Assembly (NCBI GenBank): GCA_040954595.2
Contig: CM082578.2
Coordinates: forward strand, 15,608,998-15,672,997
Direction of reading: 5' to 3'
Origin: Balanoglossus misakiensis
Lineage: Eukaryota; Animalia; Hemichordata
Length of the DNA stretch: 64,000 nucleotides
In this document: positions 12,297-26,200 of the stretch, one piece after another
How the letters are laid out: each line of letters starts with the position of its first letter
How positions within the stretch are numbered: position 1 is the stretch's first letter
Translations under genes and position numbers: made by a program
Notes under the pieces: model-generated
Seen by the model: the letters and a program-made list of their open reading frames with translations, nothing else
Told to the model about the DNA's origin: nothing
The model's database searches: none

Positions 12297-14796
12297 TCAC
12301 TGAACGATCAGAGGTGGTTGCCTTTCGCGTCGTGGATTTTTCTCCCGTTCCCAAACTTGAACAGCACTACATGTAATTGAAGAAATAAAGATATAGTGTG
12401 ATAGCTGCTCTGTTTAAAGTTTCTTTTCCAATCTTTCTATCTACGTAGTGATCGTAATGTTCCCTTCGTAAATTCGGAACTCTACAGAACCTTACAGTAT
12501 TTACCGCATGAATTCAACATAACGTGAAATTACCGTTGTGTTAGAGCTATTTGGAAATTTTCTGTCTCTACTTACCCAATGAGTACTACAGGTATGACCA
12601 GACACGATGCATAGAGTATGAATACCAAACCAGGAATGACATCAACATTTGCAGAATAGACTGAATTGAAAATGATTGGAGATATACAGTTCCCTACACC
12701 TTGTATACAGCCTTGTATGGCAAACAGCACTCCTGTGTGTCAAGAAATGATGTCAAAGTCCGTATGCACAGATCTGGTTCGGACGTGCTTTGGCAGATTT
12801 CATTCAAGCTTGGTATAAGGACAATGTAGTGGTATTATAATATTCATCGTGTTAATTTATGTCGCGATTAGATGCAAAATGGATGCCAGGTGGATATCTG
12901 GTCATTATTCAAATATATCCGAACCGATTCAATCCGGTCCAGACTTAAAACAAGAACGATGTTCCCTGTCACAGTTATGTCACTCACTGGCCTTACCCTG
13001 TTTTCCTGTGTCGCACAATTTCGATGATCGACTTCGCAATACCGGGAAAGACAGAGACATAAGGAAACCAATCGCGGGCGCTGTAAGAATTAAAATGGAT
13101 TAAATATACCGTCATCGATATGTCTTATAATTAACAATTTGAACCACCACCAAAATTCACGAAATTGGACAAAGTTCGGCTACTTTGATTTCTCGAAATG
13201 TAGCTCCCCTATGAGCATGTCCAGTTTTGTCTTAGATGAAACCAAGTTCTGAAAAGTGCAGAAGGTAACATGCATCATCGCCTTTAAATATATAAGCCTA
13301 TTTTCGTTTAAAATTCGACCGAAAAATGCGCAAATTGGAAACCTTTGACCTTTTAACGTTTACTTTTGGACCAACACAGACATACCAATAAGTATTTGCC
13401 ACTTGTTGTTGGCGAAAGCGATCATAAGTAAATTTGCAGTGAACGAAATGAAGGCAGCCTGCGCCAGTACCAAATCACCAACACACAACGAAAGAATGTT
13501 TCCCACGATAAGCATTCCTGCAAAGAAAGAAACACTTATAGTTGTTAATCGTTTCAACTTGCCTTGTAGTGTAAGCTTAGAGCAGTAAGTCGCCAAAAAT
13601 CCGCTGAAGATCGTCATAGTTGCGCGCAAAGGTGGGTGACACGTAAAAGTTTGCGGCCGCAAATATACTATCCTGTGCCACATAAATGACAAACACAAGG
13701 CAAAACCAACGTTTTTCTCCGATACACTTTAGGCCTATATGTTTATTTAAAACTTTCGAGTTGGCAGTCCTAATGGTGGTGGTACTTTGCACTGCTTCTC
13801 ACAAGAAAATGGTTTTGTCTCTATGGCAACCCAAGGGAGCGTCACTACCACACGCTTAAATAGACACTCACCTATTGCATTTGATGAGAAAAATATAGCC
13901 ATATAATATCCTACATAGCTTGGTGTAAAACAGAACGGGTAAGAGAGAATGTAGAGAGTTACCATACTCGTATAAGAACCGATAATCAAAAAAATCACGA
14001 ATAGACATGCGTTGTAGACAGCCTGATGGATGCGTGTTTCGCGCGATGCCACTGAGAACAGCTGAACGATATCATGGTAGGCTTGATAAAGTCCCCACGT
14101 TGAACCCTTGTCCTCGGTTACAGTTTCCTCGAGCCAGATCACGACGTAAAATATTATAAAGATAAGCACCCCATAGATCAGCCACGTTGGAGGAATAAAA
14201 CCGACAGACTGGATCCATTGACCAGTCACTCCTTGAGAAACGCCCCCACCAATGAACATCGAACTTTCAAGAACTATCATACGAATCGTGCGATATTTCC
14301 CTGGCGACTCATCAGCTACTAAAGCGTATGACATAGCCATGACGGTGAAAGTGTTCCCGGTAATTCCTCGGATGATCTCGGCAATAAAGAGGTACGGAAG
14401 TGGTAGATCGAGAAGAAAAACAAGCTGAACACAGAATGCGTATAGCGTAAACCCAACGCAGGATATCAACAGAACCAACTTTTTGCCTCCGCCCCTTTCG
14501 CTATATGACCCCAAAAACATCGCTGAAAATAAAGTTAGCACCGCCGAGGTTGTCTCGTAGTAAAGCAACCAGTAGGACGTTTCTCCTTGTACCTTCTCCC
14601 CGAGAATATAATTCGGATCGGATTTGTTCACTTCGCAGCTGGAGCTAGAAGTTCCCGGAGTATAGTTGTACATCTCACCAACAGCTTCTTTGACATATTC
14701 AACACGTATAGTTGATAGACACGAGTGTGAGAACATGCATACGAAAAGAACAGGTTCGGTCGTTACAATGCGACGAAGTCTTCCAATAAGCGCCAT
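12297..14796 (-). CDS. SLC46A: SLC46-family MFS transporter, paralog B, about 455 aa
   Basis: Exons (minus) 14796-13872, 13517-13386, 13080-12997, 12732-12576, 12366-12297 (TGA), 1368 nt. Internal exons have the same sizes as in paralog A (132/84/157 nt) and the protein aligns along its length (IVTTEPVLF, GSYSERGGGKK, YALVADES, RMIVLE, YPFCFTPSYVGYY, RSRSSKL..KQG, SPIIFNSVY). ATG at 14796; the ORF track extends it to an upstream GTG. Confidence 0.9.
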
Positions 14797-14950
14797 CACA
14801 TTTCATATGTTCTCAGCCTATAAATAATGCGCCAAAATAATAACAGGCACAGAATTTCAAGTAATTGGCCCACGAAGACTCCTGCGAAATGCAGTAAGGT
14901 GACCTTCAGGACGACGTTTTATTTTAAGACTTTCGGTGTCCCGTGACTTA

Positions 14951-14960
14951 ATCACGTGAC
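14951..14960. promoter_or_regulatory. CLEAR-like E-box (ATCACGTGAC) about 155 bp upstream of SLC46 paralog B start codon
   Basis: 9/10 match to the MiT/TFE CLEAR consensus GTCACGTGAC at a promoter-proximal position. It could equally be a USF/Myc-type site. Confidence 0.35.
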
Positions 14961-17240
14961 TGGAGATCGCAGGGGTGAAAGTACTATTAAATATTTAAAA
15001 AAAACCACGAGCGAAATAACCCGCAGTTTTCTTTCCACTGACTCGACTTCGTTATCGAAATTCTCCGACAAATGGTATTTAAAATAAGTAAATGACCAAA
15101 CTACACGACAATTCATGTCTTGCATGCTTCAGTGACTTTAGCAAGTGGCATTGCAAGGAACAGGATATGTCATGAGGCCGCGCCCGGCTACACACACTTA
15201 GTGCATGACATCAACAATGCACCATAAAAACATGTCAAGTAGCACAACATATAGGATGACCTCAATCTGATCATACGACGTAGAGATAGACGGCATCTTT
15301 TGGTGTCTGGTGTTCACAGTCGCAGCGCAGCAGACATAGTAGAAGAATGCAAACTGTAGAGACAAATTCATAGTCGCTTATGCGCTCCAAGTGATTCACA
15401 TGCATTTATTTTGGCTAAAAGTGAAAAAAACCCGCAACTGTTCATCAGACAGAAAAAAGGGTCTCTAACACTTGTGCCAAGAAATAATCTTGCAGAATCT
15501 AGCAAACACTTCATAATTACAGTATCAATTTGATTTATACAATAGTCACCCTTTTCAACCATCTTTGTTTTATGATGAACCAGACCAAAACATGTAATGA
15601 CATTATGTGATAGCCAACAATAAATATTGATTCAGCAAACAAAACATCATAAAATTCATAAAAATCTTAAAATTTTAGATTTTCAAACTATGGTGGTGAA
15701 AGGGCTAAAGGCAGCAAGCACTGCGTTCATATATTAGCAAACATTCTTGGCTAAAAAGCTTACAATTAATCTACACATATTTTACAACAGTCAAAACTAG
15801 ACACAAGTTGACTTGTTTTCTAAGAATGCCGAAAATTTTAAGGCTAAACACACTAATATCACACAAGTTCACCATACAATACAGTAAAAGTAGACATTCT
15901 CTGTATAGACTATATACATTTCCGCAAGGCACTCAATTCACATAATTGCTACAAAATAAACAATACTATTATACATTTATGATATACCATACAGACAAAA
16001 ATATACATACAGTAGCATTATTGTTACTGATTAAAATTGTCCTGATAATATTAATATTTCCTCCTTGTAAGAGTTGATGAACTTGAGTATTATTGTCAGA
16101 AACAGACTTAAAATAAGTGAAACTTCGGTAGGTTATGTCAAATAAAATATAAACCCATGGAAGGGACAACAATCCATCGTTTTATTTCATTTTCGATGAT
16201 GTTTAGGGTTTCCACCCGTCAGCCATTATATTTGGGCAGTGTTTTGGGGTAAACAGTTAAATGTAAATAAGGTTCCCAAATATTGTTAGGATAAGGTGAT
16301 AATGAAAAATCCACAGCCTATGGAGGATTGAAGTAGTGTTGTAAGTAAAAACAAGCAAATTTTGTAAATAGACATTTTAACTAATTTTTGGAAATTCTTG
16401 TCATAAAATCTGAAAATTCAACACAGTAAAATTAATATTAATATTCATTTGATTAAACAATGAGTAATAATTATCAAATTTTTCATATATATTTATTTTA
16501 ATTCGGAAATAATTCTTGGTAAAATGATTATTTTTATTCACAGAAAACTGAGCGACAATTGCCACAGGGAATTAATGTCAAAATCAATGAGATCCTGATT
16601 GTAAGACGTGTCAATGGACACCAAAGCAATCTAAAACACACAATTCAAGATTTCTCACTTTGTAAAAACATTCACAGAATTTCTTACCCAGTAAAACATT
16701 CACAATTAAAACTATCATTAATATGAACAATTGAGTTGATGCTTTTTTTAAGATCATTCACAGCAAATAATTTGAAAAAGGATAATCTCTAGGTCCACTT
16801 TTACTGCCAAAACCATCTTCCGCAAATATTATGGTAAATGCTATATCAGGTTTTCACGGAAGTTTTTTTATGACTTCAACACTTCGGTACAGCAGAACCA
16901 AAGAAATTTCAGGAAACAATTGTAAGATTGAATGAGAGAGACCACTTCACTGTTATTCATGCTCAATTCAGAGTTTCACTGTAATTTATATTTTTTTTTT
17001 GCTAATTGCCATGATATAGGTACTTTGAGAAATTTGGAATTTTCACAAAGATTGCATTCCGACAGCAAAATGTTTCCAGAAGATTCAGACTGGAAATAAT
17101 TAATTCTGAGCAAAATTACTGTGTATTCCAGCGTGTCTTCTTAGATTGATGGTGAGAAAATGGATGGAGCAAAGTAAAAGCAATAAATTAATTGAATATT
17201 TGGAGATAAAAGTAATTAAAATTTAATGCCCGGTTGCTTG

Positions 17241-20200
17241 TCACTCGACACTTTCTTTGTCAGGACTGATCTGTTCTGTTATCGGCACCAGTTTGACTTC
17301 TTCCCCCAACTTGGTGTAGTAGCTGACTTCTCCACCACCCAGAAGACTCTCTCGAGATGCAAAACAGCAAGCACGGCACCAGGCTAAGTTTCTCAGTGGG
17401 GTAGCTGTGAAGATTACGGATGGACGGCAAAGAGATGTGTAAGACAAGATATTCTCGCAGAAGAGCATTTATGTTGTTAACATCAGTATCATGTGTGCCC
17501 ATCACATGTCTGCATGTGAACAGGAGATGACGCGATCACGGTGCGCACATGAGACCAGGCTTCACACAAAAATCTACATGAACAAGCCAAAGATATTCAT
17601 ATACATGTACAACAATCTGCATAGGCTGGTGTCCCTGCAGTCTGTTAAAATTCATCTCGATTTGGGAAATTGCTGTAAACAGAATCCAAGACAAGAAAAG
17701 AGACACAAGAAACGGCTGACTAAATATATTGTACAATGAAATGATGAGCACACATATTTACATTTTGTGTACATGTATTTGTAACATCAGTTGTGTTTTA
17801 ATTACATTGACATGGACAGGGTGCTACGCATGTTTTATGACAACGTCATGGGCCTCTTGTGGTCCAGACTCACAATTCTTGCCAACTCATCCAACAAACA
17901 CTGTGGTATCTGCAGATCACTACAGAGTTTTTTTTTGAAGAGACTTACTTTTGTTGACCCAATTTTCAGAGTTTAGCCTTGCTGGCAAAGACGTCATCTT
18001 GGTTGAGAATTGGGGAAGATTCTGTGCAATACTGTATATCAGTAGAGCTGCCTTCTGTAGATAATTGATGTGAATGGTTGAAATCCTTGCTACCCTTTCT
18101 ATCTAATTCAAATCTCTGCTACTTACAACTATTCTTGCTATCTAGCAATACAGCTACAGCAGTGGGATGGCCCTTCCATTTAGCTCTACAACCTCTAGTC
18201 ACCATCAACCGTTTACGACAAAATGCACATGCTGCACATATTTGCACGTTGAAAAATAAAACTTCAGCTCCTCCTTACCAGGAATTCCACAGACCTATCT
18301 TCACCGATGGCGTCTTTTCAAGAAAATTGACTCGTAAAAAAAGTGTTCTCTGTTTTCAAAAAATACAACATAAATACAAAGCAAGACTTGTTCTTTATGG
18401 CGGTTTCAATTCTGAACACTATGCATGCTTCCATGCAAGTCACCGAAAACAGCTTTCAAATATGACCACTTAATCTTTTACACATTTATGCTCGACAAAG
18501 CATTCTACAACCTTGTGTACCCTGAGCCAAAGCATGTGAACATGTACTCAAGAAAAAGAAAAATGGATAGTCTATTGCACAAAGGTAATGCTATTTTCAT
18601 AAACAACAGTAAAAGCATATCCTCATTAATTAGCTCAAGATTTAGGCGATGTTCATCAAGATCACTTTAGCATTGCATGTTGTTGTTCAGAAATTTTTTT
18701 AATAATAAAACACTTTGTGCAGATGGAGTAAAAATCACTTGGTAAGAACATCATGCTGTGGCAAAGCCTTATTTCAGCATGCCAGCCAACCTTATATCCC
18801 ACGTACAACCTGCTTTAATATCCAATCTGAATCCAGTGTGATAAAAACATCACTTGTACATCACTGTACAATACTAATTTTGTTTTAAAGTTACAATGCT
18901 TTCCTATCTTGGGCAAAACTGAATTGAAAGACAAATTATACGAGTAGAACGAGGGCTTACACTTGACCCTCACATGTATTCCTCGATCGTGAAATCTTTT
19001 TGTTTTCATGCATCAGGGCTACTGAATGTTGCGCCCTCACAGGTCGTTAGCATACATAAAGGTTTTTTATAGACAGTGCACATACCCTGGGATTAAGACC
19101 TTAGGGCCAATATTGCCATGCAATCAGCAATTGCACATAAAATGTGCACAGTTCCTTATTTTCATCATTTTTGAAGTTCACAAAGTTCAATAATTCCTGT
19201 TACCAAGAGACCTGTGCATTTTTCTGGTGTTTCATGAAGAGCAACCATTAAACATGTGCAGACCTGGTGATGCCTAAATGTACTCTCATCATACATGAAG
19301 GCCTGTCTGGCACTAGTGTTTTTATATACCAAAGACACATGCACCCACAAGTACAAGCATGAGTTTTTGTACAGAATTCATGGTCACAATGACACATATA
19401 TGTTGAAATCATTTTCCCCATTGATGCCTACCGGACAGTTATAGCAACCAGACAGATTGGCCAAAGTACATTTTTAATGAGTTACCTGTGAGCTTATTTT
19501 CACTAAAGTGACCACAGAAAGTCACATCAGACAATTTGTGTACTGATAGTATGTCAAATAAATATTTATAGATTTCTCAGAAAGATGAATTATACACCTA
19601 CATGTATGGTTTCTTTTCAGATTCTACAACAGATCCATATTTTGAGGCAACTATGGGTAGGAACATTGTGATCTGCTTCCATTTCCCCTTGAAACTCTAT
19701 CCCATGGTGCAATTTACCCATGATGCATCATACTTACTTTGCCGTTTTCCGGTGGTACGTCCAAGCAGACAGATAGCCAAGTACACAAATATTGAGACAA
19801 AGCAGGCGACATTACCAAATACCAAGAAACTCACGGGACCAATGATTACAAATATCTGCCAAGACAAATTAACAAGAAATGTGTTTTGATTGGATAGTGT
19901 CCATTTCGCATGTGATATTGACCATGTTTGACCATAATTATGTATCCCACTGCTTTTTATTGAGTGAGACCTTGCTGTCTCTGGCAATTAATGCCTATAG
20001 CGCCCTCACACAGACAATCCTGTATACAAACGCCACCCCCACCCAGTGAGATTGTGTCAATGTTGCACACCAGATTATAGCCACTCACCCTTCCAACTAC
20101 GACAGGAAATATCATTTCACCAGTGGCCGCACCCACTACAATAGCACTAGTTACCGACCCTGAAATAAAAGCAAAAGAAATCTCTCTAAAATGTCAGGTT

Positions 20201-23200
20201 TGTCAACAATGATAATCTCGTTGGTTACATCACATCTCCACGAAAACTGAACAAATTCAAGCTTTTCGCCAATACTGTACGTTTTGCAGAGATAATGCAG
20301 ACTGTGTCTTACCTGTAACATCAATGAACTGTTCCGTCAACGCCAACGCTGTGGGATAGATGCTACTTAGAAACAAACCAAACATAGCTGATCCCAGATA
20401 CATGGCTATATGATTGTGACGCAGGATTAATTCAATGGCATACGCAGCAAAACATCCTACCTGCAAGTAAAATAATAATCAATTGTTAATGTCCCAAAAT
20501 GGATAGACTGCAGGCCCCCTTAATGATGAGTAGGTAGCTGAAATACTCCTTGAAATGAAGACCTTGATGTTTGGTGAACTTCGAGCATATGGACTACTGA
20601 CAGATATTCTGAGAATGAGCCTTGACTGAGGGAAAGAGATAAAAGAAGTGATATCTGAAGTGATACTTACTATGTTTATAAGAAGCATAAATGCTGGTGA
20701 TAATTTAGTTGATATTGGAATAGAAACAAGTCGTCCCAAGGCAAAACTACCCCAGTAGACAGATGTTAAGTAGGCACCTTCAGTTGAAGATAGATCAATA
20801 ACGCTTTTCACTGAATAGGTGTAAACATATCCTCCATATGCCGACTGAAAAATAAAAGATGACAGAATTGTAAACGGCAAAAGAAGTCAGACATTTCTGC
20901 TAGTACTACTCGATGAACTAACATTGCATTCATCTGAAATCTCAGCTTGACATTTTGACATGTTTGTTCTAAATGGTGTAGCTCAAAAATGAATGATCAG
21001 AAGCCCATCACATTTGAACAAAATCATAATCAATACTAGTATATGTTTTCAAAAGCACTTTTTCAAACTAGACAGCAGACAGTCACACAGACTGACACAC
21101 AATCAGTCAGATATACAGAGACACAGACAGATAGACAGACAGTGTGACAGACTGATAGAAAGACACATATGCAAAGCAAACAGCCACACGCATACAGCTT
21201 ACAACTCTACTTACTTGTAAACCATCATAGATAAATAACAAGAGAGCAACCAAAGCTGTCAGAGATATAACTTTACTGGAAGCAGATGCACAACATTTTT
21301 TCTCTTCATTCATCTGAGAACTAGTTTTAATTTCAGTGGCTTCAGTGACTATGGAGAAAAAAATTCAATTATGATATTTATGCCAATTCAACACACCCTC
21401 AGTAGATCACTCATCCTTTCTTTTATTAACCAAGTTATGAGTCAATCTAAAATTTCAATGAAATTTGACAGCAATTTCCCTTTATAATTGAAAATTCCCC
21501 AAACAGGCAATTTTTAAGTTCAGCATATACCTGTCAAGGGAGCCTTAAAAAATTGAAACAGAGTACTATATAAACAAAACTATTACAATTTTTAACATTG
21601 ACGGCAATTGCTAGATTCTCACAGGTCATGTCTATCAGTCAGAAGATCACAAATGAACAATTCATGCAGACACACTCTCAAACATAGCTTCTCATTGTAT
21701 CGGAATAATTCTAGTTTGCTTTTTTCTCTCTTTGATTTACTGTTTCTCATTTTATTGTCCTCTAAACATGACAGCATGACTCATCATGAAGTTCAATCTT
21801 TCCAGCAATTACTAGACTAGAAATCACTTCTAAGGTGACACTGGTCATAGATCAATACAAGGTATGTCACATCAGATTGTAATTATTGAATAAAAATGGT
21901 CCTGGCCATACATAAGAAGGCTAACAAGTCAAAGGAATAGAAAAAAAAGCAAAAATACTGAAAAAATGTTTAAAGTTACACCAGCTGACCCACTGTCAAC
22001 AGATACCCCCTTACCTTTATCTATGTCTTGGTAACTTCCTTTTCCTGTTTGGCCGCTACTACCATGTGGTGTTGCCACAGCAACACAGCATCTTTTCTTT
22101 ACAATCAAGGCCAAGACCATGCAGATAATTGGAATCTGTAAATAGATATGGTGGAAATTGAGTTGAGAAAGTCCACCTGGTTCTAGACTCACACTGACCA
22201 CTTTTATCGGTCCACGATGTCTGTACTCTCAAGAAATATTCACTATTTATTATCTACATGAATTTCAAATTGTCTACAAATACCTGTTTCTTGCTTATTC
22301 TGTTGGTACCATACTTTACTTTACAAATGTGCAAAATTGAATGTTCATCTTGCTTGCAGACTGAAAAACAAAATCATTTTACCACTAACATTCTTAATGA
22401 CAACAACAATGCAATATTCAAATCTCACCTGAATGAATGACATGATCCAGAATGCGAACCGCACCCTGGTGCGTTCTTGAGCTTCTCGGAGAGTTTCCAT
22501 GGTAACTGGTGCCTCTGTGATAGTTGGTTCGGTGATTTCTCTAATGACAATATTGCTGGTATTGGTCTGATTTGGGTGAATAAGTGGCGTGCAGTCTTCA
22601 TTGAGGAGAAACGGCTCTGCAATTATTGGACTTATGAATGCACCGATACCGTAGCAGAAATGAAGAGCCTGCAATGAATGTAAGTTTTAGCACACCGCGG
22701 ATTTTCTCAAAAGAGCCACTGACACCCTGTGTCTCATGTGGAGTAACATTTTTCATGATCTTCCACTCAGCTGCTTCTACAGATTTTTCTTTGTGAATAA
22801 CTGTTGGCCATTTTCTATAGCACAGAATGAGCTCTATATGGGGGAAATATGAAATGATTGCCTTTTCTCAAAACTAGACACATGAACTTCAGTGTGACAT
22901 TATAACTCTCCACAGGAATCTCTTGATAATCCTGTGGCTGAAAATGGAAAGACGTGAAGGAGACCGATTCTCATTTTCTCTGAAAGACTCGTCCCTGGGG
23001 AATCCAACTATCAGCAACGCGACAGTGAAATTTTATCATACATCCATTTATAACTATAAGACATAAATGATCTTTTCAGTAAATATGAAGCTTAGAGAAA
23101 CGTGTAGCCGGCAATACGGAAAAGACGATAAGTAACATAACATTTCAATCTGATCAGACATCTAACTGCCTCAAACCCAGTGTGCATATCAGAAATTCCC

Positions 23201-26200
23201 TGCCACTGAAGGAAATAGATAATACACTCGAACATGAATTTCTGAAAATAGTTGGTGTTATACGTGTTATACATGAAAAATAAGTAGAACATTCAGATCT
23301 AATATCCAAATAAAACGATAAATACATACCTGCAAAAATGGGGAAACTAAAGGACCATAAATTTTGATGAGAGAAACATTGGCAGTAGTGTCTATGGTTC
23401 CCATGGCGATACCCATGACAGCTAAAACAACGCCCAGCAACCACAAAGCATGACAGAATGGCAACAACGCTATGGTAACAGTGATAGTGCTGATAGCAAC
23501 AAGCAGTATGATATCTGACTGTAATCTGTGAAGAAAGAAAGAAAAGAAAGAGTTTTAAAAACAAGTAAATATTGGTATTATCCTGATGTATGATGTCTGT
23601 AACCAGAATTGCATTCATACATATTATTTCCATGATTTTTATATCCAAAATTACCTTTTTCAATTTGATTAATTTAACCATAAGAACCTAGCATAAAATA
23701 CTGTTTATACAGAAATCTCACCATGCTCTTATGTGATGACATTTCCTTTTATTAGAAAAGCAATCAGAGAACCCCCTTGCAAATTACGATTCTGATACAT
23801 CCCTTCAAATTATTGCATCCGAGTTACTGTTGACAGCTCCGTAATGAAAAAATACTGCGATGATCTTAAAAAGAACCGCCAGGGAAAGGAACCTTCATTA
23901 TTTTCATTTTGAAGTCTTTCTTGAATAGTAACGATCAGAATAATGTGTCAGTCATAATAGCGATTGGGGAAGCTTTGTGATCCTTTAAAGTTAGATTATG
24001 AGTTCAATTGTCAATCACTCTAGATCTACCCGCAAAATTTTATACTGTCATAAAATAAAGGTACAAGCGTGTGTTTAATCTGAAAATAGAAAACAAATAA
24101 CCTTTAACTTTGTTTGTACACCAGCACACCATACAACCATAACGAGTATTTTGAGACAACTACATTTATTTCAAACGAATGGAATACCAGCATATTATAC
24201 AATGGACTTTACAAATATTTGGTTGAGCAGGTCAGACATGATCTCCAAGAGTACTAGTAATATTTAGAAAATAAACCAAACATAAAGGTCAATAAATGAA
24301 GGTTTTCATGATCAAGCTTTTCAAAAATATATAGCCATTATGTGAACGTGCACATGTTTATATTTTATAGCAATGTTAGTAGCAATATTTTGATATGACT
24401 GAAATATTTAAATCTCCAGGGTAATATTTTATAACGAACAAGATCCTAGCAACAATTTTTTTCCCAACAAATTCTGGTTGGAAAACAATAACTGCCCTCT
24501 TGCGATAATATGGAAAAAGCAAGTACGACAGTTGCCATGATAACCAAAAGAAATGGAAAAACTTGACAAGTTAATAAATTGCCTGGGATGAAGAATACTA
24601 GAACTGACATCAATCAATTCTCTGTGTACTCAACGGTTTTCACCAGCTGTTTAGAATCTAAGACAATGAGAAAATGGAAGTAACAGAGACAGGGACTGCT
24701 TTATAAGACACGTACAGTACTCAATTTCATTTGTATGTAGGGGTGATTCAAAGTGGCTTCATCGGATATAATGCATTGCAAGATTTTAAAGAAGAAAATT
24801 TTAATATTTAATTCCTGTGCCTGCAGTAAGCTGGTGGCCTACACTACATGTACATGTACATTCAATGTACATTGCACAAACAGTAATACACTGACAGAGC
24901 GAGGCCAAGGAACATGCACTCTGGCTATTTTACATTCTAAGAAAACAGAGATAAGCCTTATAGGCTGCATGTCGTATTCTGATCATATACAGAACACTTA
25001 GCTTTGCAAAAAAAGTGTGAAGATGATGGCCGGCCGACCGTATCCACTTAAAAGATGGTTATCTTGAGCTCAGACATGTAAGGTGTTGACATGCTTTCTC
25101 AGGAATACATTGCTACTCTCCAGGGATTGAGGAACCCTCCAAAATCCGTCTTTCCATCATTGCAGATGGAGTAGCTTCCCTTTACAATGCTGATGGATAG
25201 AGACACTGTTACATAAGTATTTGAAAGCAAGAATAAATTTTCTTCTACAAACTTTGATGCAAAGCCACCCCCTTCAATTAAGAGTTGATGCACAGTTTAA
25301 TACCCTACATCGTCTGCAAAGCATCCCTACAATGGCATATCTAACACCGATCTGCAGGAGAGGTATAGACCAGTGCCCTGGAGATGGATTTTACATGCTA
25401 ATGATACAGCACATCTGGTGAACATCGGCACATTATGTCTTCATGTTAAAAGCAATATAATGGCTTTCATGATGGCTTTAATTGTCTCATGGTTCTCCCT
25501 GGAGATTTGATCGTCAGATGAACACACATGCACCTGTGTAAGGAATGTAGTTCCGGGCAATTTTTATTTTATCATTTCTCTGTAACCCTGACAACAAGCA
25601 GTATACTGAAATAATTGCTTTTGATCAATGGACCAAACAGTTCAGGCCTCAGGGCATCGACTTTTTTGGTCTAAATTAGGGAATAAAACATTGATAATGT
25701 ACTAGTACACCTAGTAAACCTGGCACTCACATCATTTTTCCCAGTCAGAAAGTTTACTTCAGGTTAGCAATCATATACAAGGTAATTTATTGAAGTTTCA
25801 TGCCACATTGAACCTCTTACTCTCATAATCCCTTACTTTGTTTCAAACTGCCTAGTTGACTTTCTGGTTTGGGAATCAAAACGAAAGCTTTCAAGAACAC
25901 TTTCTGGAAATATTGTAAAGCCTTGGAAAGTGGTGACCCCATTTCAATTTCAACTAAAGATTCACAGATCAGAATTTGTATTATGTATTCTGTTGATGAC
26001 ACTTTCGTCGACTGGAGAGTCTGATGCATCCCCTTGATTCATCATGATGAGTTGAAACAAATCGTGCAATCACCATTTAAGGATTCATACCATGATTTTT
26101 CCGATAGTTTTTATGAGGGGTATAACACATTATATCGTCGCTTACACGGCCATTGATTTGTTTCTAAGCACTCACTTCCTCTTGCAATTCAACATTTAAC

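Noticed and set aside
21531-21543. 13-nt micro-exon candidate between MFSD4 exons 4 and 5
   Set aside because: It would break the frame, and exon 4 joins the strong acceptor at 21348 in phase without it.
23731-23800. C/D-box snoRNA-like GTGATGA...CTGA
   Set aside because: It is antisense to the host MFSD4 transcript, has a weak terminal stem and no recognisable rRNA guide. Such motifs are frequent by chance.
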